DNA of 64,000 nucleotides, taken from IMG/VR virus record IMGVR_UViG_3300021197_001584, positions 1 to 64,000 of that record. One strand, 5' to 3'. The notes under the pieces are model-generated. The model did no database searches and was not told the DNA's origin. It was given only the letters and a program-made list of their open reading frames with translations. Shown in pieces: positions 29,030-37,163 of the stretch. The position numbers were made by a program, and so were the translations under genes. This DNA is from a virus. Every line of letters begins with the position of its first letter. Position 1 is the first letter of the stretch.

Positions 29030-29068
29030 AGTATTTCTCCTTTGCTTGGCCCTAACTAGTTCTTAACG

Positions 29069-32000
29069 CTACAATTTGACTTGTGCATAGCCATCAGTCT
29101 TATCTATATCGATTGACATATCGACTATGTCTTTCAATCCTTCTAGGTGAGTAATCAATAGAACAGTCTTGAATTGTGCTTTGATCATTTGCAACAGTCT
29201 CGTGAAGCCTTCCATGTGCTCTGCATCCAACGCTGTGGCTGGTTCATCAAGAACAAATATGTTTGACTTTGGCAAAGATGAAACAGAAATCAACGCAAGA
29301 CGAACAGCCATCGATGCAATTGTCTTCTCGGCACCTGAACCCATAGATAAAGGTCGTGGATCATAGTTTGGATGCTTCAGATAGACTTCAAGCTTATCTC
29401 CATCTTCTGCAAAGAATACTTGGAACTCAACAATTGACGAAAGAACTTTTTGGATCTCATCATTGATTACTGGGAGCATTGACTTGATAACCTCATAAGA
29501 GATTCCATTTGCATGTGTCGCCTTTACAAAGATGTCGTAAGCAATGTAGTCACGTTCGGCAGCAGAGATTTGATCGATTTTTTCTTTTGCTTCTTCAATA
29601 ATTCGCTTTGCAGATCCCTTCTCGGACATGAACTCTAGAACTTTTGACTCACAAATTTTGATCTCCGCTGCTTTTAGTGACACAGTCTTATTGATTGCTT
29701 GTAGATCTCGACGCAATGAGGATAGGTTTTCATAGGCCTCGATGTTGTCGTTGTAGTAAGCGATGTCGGCTTGACGATCATTGATTCTTCGTTCCATTAG
29801 AGACACTTTGCCTTCACAATTTTCCCACTGCAAAGACATGTTGCGAACTTCAGATTGTTCTCTCGCAAGAGTGTCGCGTTGGGCTTCGTAGTCTCGAACA
29901 ACTGCTTGTGAATAAGTTTCGTTGATCAACGATGCTTTCATCTTTAAATCAAGCATTTGAGAATTAAGAGTCTCGATAAGTTCACTAACCTCAACGATTG
30001 TGACCTTTGCTTCTTCTGCTTTCTTTACAAACTCGTTGTTACTGCAGAATTTGCAGTCAGGATCATACTCGTGATCATGGAGCATGTCGATCTTGCTTTG
30101 CAACCTTTGCTTCTCACGTAAAGCCTTGTCTCTAGACTTGGCCGTCTTTTTGATTTCATCTTTAATAATCTTGAAAGTATCAAGATCAGATTGAGCAACT
30201 ACCGACTCCTCAAGCAGAGATGGCAATCTAGCCGTTAAATCTTCGATTCTAGAGCGCTTAGAAGAGATCTCGGTAGATAACCTATCCATCTCACTAGAGT
30301 TCTTTAGAAGAGATTTTTGAGCCTTTGAGAGCGCGTCTTTCAACATATCTATGTCAAGGTCTCTTTGCGAAGCTGCTTCTACTTGATCTCGAATCAATTG
30401 CTGGTCTTCTTTGAGAACTGTCAATCTAGCAGTGTGTTTCTCGCAAAGAGTCTGTTGTGTTTCGATATCCTCAAGGATCTCTGCAAACTCGGCTTGGGCT
30501 CTTGAGAGCTTCTTCTGCCAATCGACTGATGTTAAGTGCTTGATAACTCCTCGCATCTCAGATGAGTCGGTCTTCGCAAGTTTATGCATTTGGTCGAAGA
30601 TCTGGAGATCTAGGAACTTTGCAAGGATCTCTTTGCGTTTTGTCGATCCTTCGTTAATGAATCCGAAAGATTCATTTTGAGCGGCGAGGGAAGTCATCAT
30701 GAAGTCTTCAAGCGAACCAAAGACATTTCTAATATTGTCGTCTGTCTTGTTGCGAGTGTCTCCGTTCTTTGACTCTGCTCTTGTACCAAGCGTTAGTTTT
30801 CGGAAGTTGAGTTCCGTTTTGGCTGAGACGACTTCTCTACCTTTAGACCTTCCGGTTGTTTTTTCGAGGCTTCGATCAATTTTGTAAACATCATCGCCGA
30901 CAGCGATCTCGAGTTTACAAGAAGCTTGTTCTTGGTTTTGATTGATGATATGGACATTCTTTCTTTCTCCTTTTGATGTCGTATTGAAAAGACCAAACAG
31001 TGCAGCATCAATAATAGATGATTTACCTGAATAGTTCTTTCCGAAGATTCCAACAAGGCCGTTTAGCCGGCTGAAATCTAAAGTATTACCTTTTCCGTAA
31101 TTAAATAGGTGGTCCCAACTCATTTTCTTAATATCCCACACAACATTTCTAGCGATAGGCGAGGATGAATCTATCTTCTTTAGATAGTCTCGGGACAATT
31201 CGACAACACGATCTCGAACGGAATCATCGATTTCTCTGCCTTCCATGAATTCTCTGAGGAACTTTTCTTGGTTATCAGGGTTTCTCATGTTCAACGACTT
31301 TCCGTTCTTCGCAGATGCCACATCGTTTGACAATGTGGAATTGTTCACGAAACTGACAGAATGTGTTGACCATTTGACTTGAGCATAGTCACACGCTCTT
31401 TTTAATTTTGCCATTGGCAAGTTGTGATTGCACACAAGTCTCAGACGCGAGTTCTTTGGAACATCGGTCACAGGTAGTGTCCCATCTTGATTGATGTGGA
31501 CAGTAATGAATGGTCGAGGCGATTGGAATAATCTCTTATCGATTGAGTGCTTATCTTTCGAGTGAATGTTCCACATGAGATAACCTTTCAACCTAGATTC
31601 TCCAAAGTTCTGTTGGACGGTCGAACCGGCGTACCAAACTCTTTGATTGAGGTCCATTGATTGGATCTTGTGAATGTCTCCGAGCATTGCATAGTCAAAA
31701 TCTAAAAAGATTGACATGTCATCCTCTCCGTGATCCAGAGAGAATCCAGAGCCAACCTGAGATCCTCGAATAGCACCATGATAAAGAGCGATGTTAATGT
31801 CATTGTTGTTCGATGGCATCTGCCAATTGTCTCTATCAAAGACAGACAAGACATTAAATGTCAAACCATCTTCGGGAGAATATTCTCCTGAGTTCTTCAG
31901 CAAAGTAAAGTTCGGATGCTGCATAGCATCTGCAATGGGCGTTACTGCATCTTGTCGATCACCATTCTTTAAGTTGCCATCGTGATTACCTAAAATCATA

Positions 32001-32236
32001 ATGGTTGGGGCGATGTCTGCCAGAGACTTGAGAAAGTTTGATGCCATCTCGAAGTACTCGGGAGACAACTGTGTCTTCGTGTGAGCTAGATCACCGGTGT
32101 GAACGATGTAGTCTGGCTGCTCTTGTTTCAAGCTATCGTAAATCTGATTGAAAACGTGGCGATATTCATCATGATATTTAAGATTGCGAATGTGTGTGTC
32201 ACTAATGTGAGCGATGCGGAACATTTTGTTCGACAT
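29069..32236 (-). CDS. Fused SbcD/Mre11 nuclease - SbcC/Rad50 ATPase (gp47-gp46 fusion)
   Basis: 1055 aa. Phosphoesterase motifs SDTH, GDLAH, GNHD, GDIH; Walker A GKNYSGKS; coiled coil with CKFC zinc hook; signature-like LSMGSGAE; Walker B FVLDEP; LITH. Confidence 0.9.
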   Translation of the reverse strand: MSNKMFRIAHISDTHIRNLKYHDEYRHVFNQIYDSLKQEQPDYIVHTGDLAHTKTQLSPEYFEMASNFLKSLADIAPTIMILGNHDGNLKNGDRQDAVTPIADAMQHPNFTLLKNSGEYSPEDGLTFNVLSVFDRDNWQMPSNNNDINIALYHGAIRGSQVGSGFSLDHGEDDMSIFLDFDYAMLGDIHKIQSMDLNQRVWYAGSTVQQNFGESRLKGYLMWNIHSKDKHSIDKRLFQSPRPFITVHINQDGTLPVTDVPKNSRLRLVCNHNLPMAKLKRACDYAQVKWSTHSVSFVNNSTLSNDVASAKNGKSLNMRNPDNQEKFLREFMEGREIDDSVRDRVVELSRDYLKKIDSSSPIARNVVWDIKKMSWDHLFNYGKGNTLDFSRLNGLVGIFGKNYSGKSSIIDAALFGLFNTTSKGERKNVHIINQNQEQASCKLEIAVGDDVYKIDRSLEKTTGRSKGREVVSAKTELNFRKLTLGTRAESKNGDTRNKTDDNIRNVFGSLEDFMMTSLAAQNESFGFINEGSTKRKEILAKFLDLQIFDQMHKLAKTDSSEMRGVIKHLTSVDWQKKLSRAQAEFAEILEDIETQQTLCEKHTARLTVLKEDQQLIRDQVEAASQRDLDIDMLKDALSKAQKSLLKNSSEMDRLSTEISSKRSRIEDLTARLPSLLEESVVAQSDLDTFKIIKDEIKKTAKSRDKALREKQRLQSKIDMLHDHEYDPDCKFCSNNEFVKKAEEAKVTIVEVSELIETLNSQMLDLKMKASLINETYSQAVVRDYEAQRDTLAREQSEVRNMSLQWENCEGKVSLMERRINDRQADIAYYNDNIEAYENLSSLRRDLQAINKTVSLKAAEIKICESKVLEFMSEKGSAKRIIEEAKEKIDQISAAERDYIAYDIFVKATHANGISYEVIKSMLPVINDEIQKVLSSIVEFQVFFAEDGDKLEVYLKHPNYDPRPLSMGSGAEKTIASMAVRLALISVSSLPKSNIFVLDEPATALDAEHMEGFTRLLQMIKAQFKTVLLITHLEGLKDIVDMSIDIDKTDGYAQVKL

Positions 32237-32260
32237 AAGTCCTCCTGTTTGTTTGGCTAC

Positions 32261-32566
32261 TTATAATGTAACATGTTTTGTTTTGAGTGTCAAGTATTTT
32301 TCTTCAAATTCATCATAAAAAATTGGACCTCCATCCATGAAAGTCAAGTCAAAAATGTTGTAGTCAAACCACTCTAGCGCCATTACAGCATCCCATCCGT
32401 AGGCATCTTTTAGACACTGGAGTAACGCGTCAACATTGTAGACCAATCGACTTTCTTTTCTATGAAATTCTTTTAAAGAGTCCTCGAACACTTCTTTTGG
32501 CTCCAAGACCATAAACTCATGACCATCTTCAATGGCATCTTCTATTATTTTATCAGCTAAATTCAT
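32261..32566 (-). CDS. Hypothetical protein
   Basis: 101 aa, acidic; ALEWFDYNI motif; own promoter and AGGAGG SD. Confidence 0.65.
   Translation of the reverse strand: MNLADKIIEDAIEDGHEFMVLEPKEVFEDSLKEFHRKESRLVYNVDALLQCLKDAYGWDAVMALEWFDYNIFDLTFMDGGPIFYDEFEEKYLTLKTKHVTL
32265..32293 (-). promoter_or_regulatory. sigma70-type promoter for the sbcDC fusion
   Basis: TTGACA-17 nt-TACATT with extended TG. Confidence 0.75.
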
Positions 32567-32591
32567 CGTAACCTCCTAAAGTTCACATTAT

Positions 32592-32620
32592 AATATAACA
32601 TGATTTAGGAACGTTGTCAA
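32592..32620 (-). promoter_or_regulatory. sigma70-type promoter
   Basis: TTGACA-17 nt-TATATT with extended TG. Confidence 0.75.
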
Positions 32621-32621
32621 A

Positions 32622-32828
32622 TCAATTGAGAAGAATTATCATTTCGGATGACACTACAATATCAATTCTTCCAAACCTAACAGAATACCACTTTATTTCT
32701 TTTCCAAAATCTACATCTGGTAAGTTATCGAAAGAGACAATAGACAACACAATACCTATGTTTGGCGTTGTTTCGCTCTTGAAATCTTCTAAAAACTCAA
32801 CCAAACTTCCAATTTGAATGTTCTCCAC
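32622..32828 (-). CDS. Small hypothetical protein (SH3-like beta fold possible)
   Basis: 68 aa; IQIGSLV..IGIVL..WYSVRF; GGAGG SD and late motif upstream. Confidence 0.5.
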   Translation of the reverse strand: MENIQIGSLVEFLEDFKSETTPNIGIVLSIVSFDNLPDVDFGKEIKWYSVRFGRIDIVVSSEMIILLN

Positions 32829-32871
32829 ATGAAGCCCTCCACTACTAAATAGTGTCGAGACTAGCGATGAT

Positions 32872-33780
32872 CTACTCGATGTGACCTGTTCCTACAACAG
32901 ACCATTCAAGTTGGACATCAACATAGCCATTAAGGCCTTCGTATGGAACTCTTTGTTGAGAAAATCTTGTCATGTGAATAGCAGTTAATGACCACGTAGG
33001 ATATGATTGGAAATAAGATCCATCAAACATAAAGTATCCACTGTCATTAGTGGAGCACGACACTACACCAAGCAGTTGGCTACCGTCGGGAGAATAGGTT
33101 GCGATTGTAATGTTAAACAAGTCTTGTCCACCAGAAGGGCCCCACGAAAATTGTGTTCCAAACTTTGAGACAACTGCTGCAAAGGCATAGGAGATGTCTA
33201 CATAGCGCATCTCGTATGGCTCGATAAAGTCGAACCCGTGAATTGAACGAAACTGGAATGATGATCCATCTTGGAGTTGGACATTCATATTGACATCTCG
33301 ATCATATTGATATTCTTGAATAAAACCAGTGTAAACGTTCATTCCATTGTTGAAGGCACTAAAGGAGTTCGGATTTCCAAAGACATTAATTGACTGTCCA
33401 ACGTTTTGTGTTGAGACTCCGATTTGGACTGGATTTACGTTGTTAGTGCATTGCCCTGCTTGAGGAAACCGAGTCGGGTGAGTTTCGTTGATTTTGCTAT
33501 GGAACTTAGAATCAAACTGTATTGTGATCTCTTGGCTAACACCCATGCATGCTTGACATGCAACTTGCTCTAGATTAAAGTTTGTAAGCCCAACAGTGCC
33601 CCCTAAGGGCTCTGAGGACGGCTCGGTTGATGGTTCAACTGTTGGTTCGTTTGCCGGTTCTGAAGATGGTTCTATCGACGCTGTGTCGACTGTTTGCGTT
33701 GCCGTCTCTGTTGATTGGACCTTTTCTGTTGTTCTAATTCCGATGTCTCCACCGCAGGCCAAAAATAAGGCTAATAGCAT
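32872..33780 (-). CDS. Lipoprotein with EPS/T-repeat linker
   Basis: 302 aa; very short signal MLLALFLA-C; EPSSEPANEPTVEPSTEPSSEP linker; Cys-containing beta domain. Confidence 0.7.
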   Translation of the reverse strand: MLLALFLACGGDIGIRTTEKVQSTETATQTVDTASIEPSSEPANEPTVEPSTEPSSEPLGGTVGLTNFNLEQVACQACMGVSQEITIQFDSKFHSKINETHPTRFPQAGQCTNNVNPVQIGVSTQNVGQSINVFGNPNSFSAFNNGMNVYTGFIQEYQYDRDVNMNVQLQDGSSFQFRSIHGFDFIEPYEMRYVDISYAFAAVVSKFGTQFSWGPSGGQDLFNITIATYSPDGSQLLGVVSCSTNDSGYFMFDGSYFQSYPTWSLTAIHMTRFSQQRVPYEGLNGYVDVQLEWSVVGTGHIE

Positions 33781-33788
33781 GATAACTC

Positions 33789-33998
33789 CTAGTGTTCGAT
33801 AACAATTATGTAGCCGAGGAACTCTCCTCGCTCATATTCTAGATCGTAGTAGTTCAATAGAGAACAGACAAGATCTTTCATAGCTTCTGAATTTCCGGTA
33901 ATGACCTTCATTCTACGTCGCCAATTGCTATTAATAAATAGTTCGAGTTTGCGTTTAGCGTCTCTATGTGTAGACCCGTGAAGATCAAGTGTCAACAT
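33789..33998 (-). CDS. Stand-alone Smr-domain protein
   Basis: 69 aa from MLTLDLHG (GGAGG SD); LDLHG and KVITG are the Smr signatures. Confidence 0.75.
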   Translation of the reverse strand: MLTLDLHGSTHRDAKRKLELFINSNWRRRMKVITGNSEAMKDLVCSLLNYYDLEYERGEFLGYIIVIEH

Positions 33999-34012
33999 CG
34001 AGCCTCCAAAAT

Positions 34013-34038
34013 AAAAAACCTTGCCGAAGCAAGGTTTT
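34013..34038 (-). terminator. Intrinsic terminator
   Basis: AACCTTG-CTTCGG-CAAGGTT plus T-tract. Confidence 0.75.
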
Positions 34039-34057
34039 GTAAGTAATCGATTATGAA

Positions 34058-34513
34058 TTAGTAGTATTCGTAACCTTGACCCGTGAATGGTCCGCTCATG
34101 GTGTAACCCGCTGTCTCTATAGCATATTTTGTCCAATCAAAGGTGTTATCCATCTGAACTGCATCAGTTGTGCGATTGCCTTCTTGGGCTGTGTGCTCAC
34201 CGTTCGAGCGCCAATGTAAATCAATAGTTTCCCCTGCAGATGCACTGTCTTCATGGCGATAAGGAATTTGAAAACTAACTTCCCAAACGGTCTCATCGTA
34301 ATTGTCATCAATTCTACAATCGTCCATTTTTAATTCACCAATAGAAGCAACTCTTTCTGTAAATTCAGAGCCTTTTAACTGCATGAATAGTCCATTCGCC
34401 CATTCTTGAGCTGCTTGTTTGTGCTCTGGAGGACATTCCTCTTCGTTTTCCATCATTACTCTTTCGAGTTCTTCTTTGATGATTCTTTTTAATGTTTCTT
34501 TTGTAAGTTTCAT
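34058..34513 (-). CDS. Acidic hypothetical protein with MKLTKETLKRIIKEEL leader
   Basis: 151 aa; monocistronic, with its own late motif (34552), AGGAG SD and terminator. Confidence 0.65.
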   Translation of the reverse strand: MKLTKETLKRIIKEELERVMMENEEECPPEHKQAAQEWANGLFMQLKGSEFTERVASIGELKMDDCRIDDNYDETVWEVSFQIPYRHEDSASAGETIDLHWRSNGEHTAQEGNRTTDAVQMDNTFDWTKYAIETAGYTMSGPFTGQGYEYY

Positions 34514-34578
34514 TTGTGGACTCCTAAGTCTTTCGTTTGACGATCTTCACTTAAATAGTCACCAAACATCTATAATGC

Positions 34579-34604
34579 AAAAAAAACCTCTCCGAAGAGA
34601 GGTT
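34579..34604 (-). terminator. Intrinsic terminator after the tRNA
   Basis: AACCTCT-CTTCGG-AGAGGTT plus T-tract. Confidence 0.8.
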
Positions 34605-34647
34605 AAGAGGAGGCGTGAGAGCTCCGATGAACCTAGGTTCTAAAAGA

Positions 34648-34723
34648 TGGTGGAGATGAGGAGAGTCGAACTCCTGACCCCTTGCGTGCAAAGCAAGTGC
34701 TCTCCCAACTGAGCTACACCCCC
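34648..34723 (-). tRNA. tRNA-Ala(TGC)
   Basis: GGGGGTGTAGCTCAGTTGGGAGAGC..CTTGC-TTTGCAC-GCAAG..GTTCGACTC..CTCCACCA; 76 nt, G3:U70 Ala identity pair, encoded CCA. Confidence 0.96.
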
Positions 34724-34732
34724 ACATCACTT

Positions 34733-35566
34733 TTAAATAGTGTGTGTCAGTACATTTGGAATCTTTTCTTTCTGTGTCTTGAGGATCTCGCGATATCGAG
34801 AAACAACTCTGAAATAAGCGCTCGAATTGCTTCTAAGCAGCCAAGAATGCAATTGAGCGAATGTTTGAGTTTGGCTATGCTCTACCATTCCGTAGTGCTT
34901 CGAAAGCAAACGTAGTGCATCCTCGGGGGTCGTAATTGTCCATTCTTTAGACTTCTTCTCTTTAATTCCACTGAAGTGATTAAACGTATATCCAATCTCA
35001 GAGAATAATGCGACAAGAAATTGCGTGCGGTGTAGTCCTTTTAGACTTATCTCACCATGAGAATAGTAAGACCATCGCAACCAGTCGACGTCTCCGACCA
35101 TCCAATCTATTTGAACATAGTCTCCAGTTGGGCCGTTCTCATCATGTTGTTCAAAACAAGTGAAGATGTTACCAGCCGTCACTCTATCGTTTACTTGTAT
35201 GTTATTCTCCGCAAGTTTTGCGGCGATTAGGGTTAACAAAGCACGCATCTTGCTCATTTGTTGAGTCGCAGTCCTTGCTCTTTTGTCAATCTTTAAATAA
35301 AGAAGGTTCCAGTCTTCCCAATCAACATCCCACTTTTCCAACTCTGTGCTCGTGAATGATCGAACTATGTGCAATGCATCGATTGCAAGATCAAGATCGC
35401 CTGATATTTCCTTCTTGCCTGCTGAACCTACTGGTTCGAAGAATGTTAGAGAGTGCTCTTTCATTGGAAAGATTTCCCCTAGAGCCTTGGTGTAGGCCTT
35501 GATTGTTGGTTCGATCCTATCTCTAGGAATTGATGTTGCTGTGCTTTTAAAGATGTTACCACCCAT
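34733..35566 (-). CDS. DNA polymerase beta-superfamily nucleotidyltransferase-like protein
   Basis: Starts MGGNIFK; GSAGKK..SGDLDL (GS..DxD) plus distal VQIDWM Asp. Confidence 0.65.
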   Translation of the reverse strand: MGGNIFKSTATSIPRDRIEPTIKAYTKALGEIFPMKEHSLTFFEPVGSAGKKEISGDLDLAIDALHIVRSFTSTELEKWDVDWEDWNLLYLKIDKRARTATQQMSKMRALLTLIAAKLAENNIQVNDRVTAGNIFTCFEQHDENGPTGDYVQIDWMVGDVDWLRWSYYSHGEISLKGLHRTQFLVALFSEIGYTFNHFSGIKEKKSKEWTITTPEDALRLLSKHYGMVEHSQTQTFAQLHSWLLRSNSSAYFRVVSRYREILKTQKEKIPNVLTHTI

Positions 35567-35588
35567 GTTGTCCTCCGTTGTTTTATAT

Positions 35589-35617
35589 AACTTAACATGT
35601 TTCAATTGACTTGTCAA
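35589..35617 (-). promoter_or_regulatory. sigma70-type promoter
   Basis: TTGACA-17 nt-TAAGTT with extended TG; the -35 box contains the primase TGA stop. Confidence 0.7.
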
Positions 35618-36549
35618 ATACTTTCTAAAAGTTTTTCGAAAAAATACATTTCATTCTTGATAGGGCTTGATGATCCGAGTCTTTGTTTGAACTCTTTCTC
35701 TCCCATCTCTGAAACATCTTCTTCGTCGATTGGAACCTTAAAGACTTCAAGGTCATACTTAAGCATGGATTTAATGATCCACTCAGCTTTCTTCTCGGCG
35801 TCATAATCAAGAGCCATATAGACTGGTGTGTCATGGATGGCGATTGCTTGGAACAAGCGTGACTGCTCTCTAAGAGTTGAGCCAAGAATCGGGATGGCGT
35901 TACCTCCGGCTGCGATTGCATCGAAGACACCTTCGACGAGAACGATTGGCTCGTCCCAGTCAATCATCAGTTCGTTAAATACGATATCACGATCCGCTGG
36001 AGGGTTGAGGTACCTATAAGAATGCCCAACGTAACTGCGAGCGATGAAGTAATTGCAATCTCCATCCACGTCAAACGACGGTATAATAACTCTTCCTGCA
36101 TAACGGCCCTCCTTACAATAGCCAATCTTCCATTTTAATATTTCTCTCCGACCAATCCCTCGAGATGATAAATAGCGGAACACATCCGTTGTCTCTATTG
36201 GCAGGTCTTTGTTGCATAGTGAGATGAACTCTTCGGGTAAAGCGATGTGTTGCTTCTCTTCTATGTTGTGTAATTCTTTGAACAAATCGTCAAACTCGTT
36301 TAGATCGAGCCTGCCTTGTAGTTCAAGATACTTTTGTCGTTGCTGGTAGTTGCCGAACTTTCTTACAATTCGGTAAATGTTCTTGCCTCTTGCATCACAA
36401 ATCCAGCATTTCCAGTAGCCGTTTGCGAAGTTCACCGACATTTTCTTTTTGTGGTGATTGCAATAAGGGCAATGATACAAATGTTCGTCGCCCTTTTGAT
36501 AGTAACTCCCAAGAACTTGGGTTACAATTTGTCTTTTGTCCTCGATCAT
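35614..36549 (-). CDS. DNA primase (zinc finger + TOPRIM)
   Basis: CPYC..CWIC zinc finger, GRVIIP, LVEGVFD, ALDYD; start taken at MIEDK (AGGAGG SD). Confidence 0.88.
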   Translation of the reverse strand: MIEDKRQIVTQVLGSYYQKGDEHLYHCPYCNHHKKKMSVNFANGYWKCWICDARGKNIYRIVRKFGNYQQRQKYLELQGRLDLNEFDDLFKELHNIEEKQHIALPEEFISLCNKDLPIETTDVFRYLSSRGIGRREILKWKIGYCKEGRYAGRVIIPSFDVDGDCNYFIARSYVGHSYRYLNPPADRDIVFNELMIDWDEPIVLVEGVFDAIAAGGNAIPILGSTLREQSRLFQAIAIHDTPVYMALDYDAEKKAEWIIKSMLKYDLEVFKVPIDEEDVSEMGEKEFKQRLGSSSPIKNEMYFFEKLLESI

Positions 36550-36566
36550 AATGTCCTCCTGTTTAT

Positions 36567-36595
36567 AATGTAACACGTCACAGAAGGTTTGTCAA
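36567..36595 (-). promoter_or_regulatory. sigma70-type promoter
   Basis: TTGACA-17 nt-TACATT; the -35 box contains the upstream TGA stop. Confidence 0.75.
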
Positions 36596-37104
36596 GTAAA
36601 AAGTGCCCTAACGTCTTCTTCATTAACTCCGTCGGGCAAAAACTTTGAGATTGGGGTATTGTTTCTCAACGCCGCTCGGAAGTCGGTTGCAGATAGATCG
36701 TCAGTCATCTGGAACATTGGAGCCGTTACGTAATTATCATTTCCATAAAAGTAATCGCCAAATGATGCTTGATAGTTACAATCTTTGCCGGAGCAACCAA
36801 GACCGAACTTAGCATCTTCATTCTCATCACCCCAGTCAAAGCAATCCGCCAAAGGGTTCGTGTAGGTCTTCTTCTTGCCCTCTCTAATCTTCGCACGTCG
36901 ATAGTCTAGCTTAGGGTGCTCCATCAATCCATAAAGGCTTAGAATGGCTTCTGTTTGCTCTAACGTGATGTTGTCTCGAGACTTATCTCCGCAAAACAAG
37001 ATGACCTTTTCGACCTCGGGATTATCAAGATAAAACTTGATGTAGTCGTAGTGGCCTTTGTGTGGCGGCTTGAAACCACCGGGAATTAAAATTGTATATT
37101 GCAT
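36592..37104 (-). CDS. HIGH-motif nucleotidyltransferase (cytidylyl/adenylyltransferase-like)
   Basis: PGGFKPPHKGH and LSATDFR motifs; start taken at MQYTIL. Confidence 0.8.
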   Translation of the reverse strand: MQYTILIPGGFKPPHKGHYDYIKFYLDNPEVEKVILFCGDKSRDNITLEQTEAILSLYGLMEHPKLDYRRAKIREGKKKTYTNPLADCFDWGDENEDAKFGLGCSGKDCNYQASFGDYFYGNDNYVTAPMFQMTDDLSATDFRAALRNNTPISKFLPDGVNEEDVRALFT

Positions 37105-37124
37105 GTGTCCTCCATGATGTTTAT

Positions 37125-37153
37125 AATGTAACACGTTTTGAGGAGCTTGTCAA
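37125..37153 (-). promoter_or_regulatory. sigma70-type promoter
   Basis: TTGACA-17 nt-TACATT with extended TG. Confidence 0.75.
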
Positions 37154-37163
37154 GTTAAAAGTT

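Noticed and set aside
34648-34723. tRNA-Ala as a prophage attachment site or host boundary
   Set aside because: Phage genes and phage promoter motifs continue on both sides, and no duplicated tRNA 3' end was seen.
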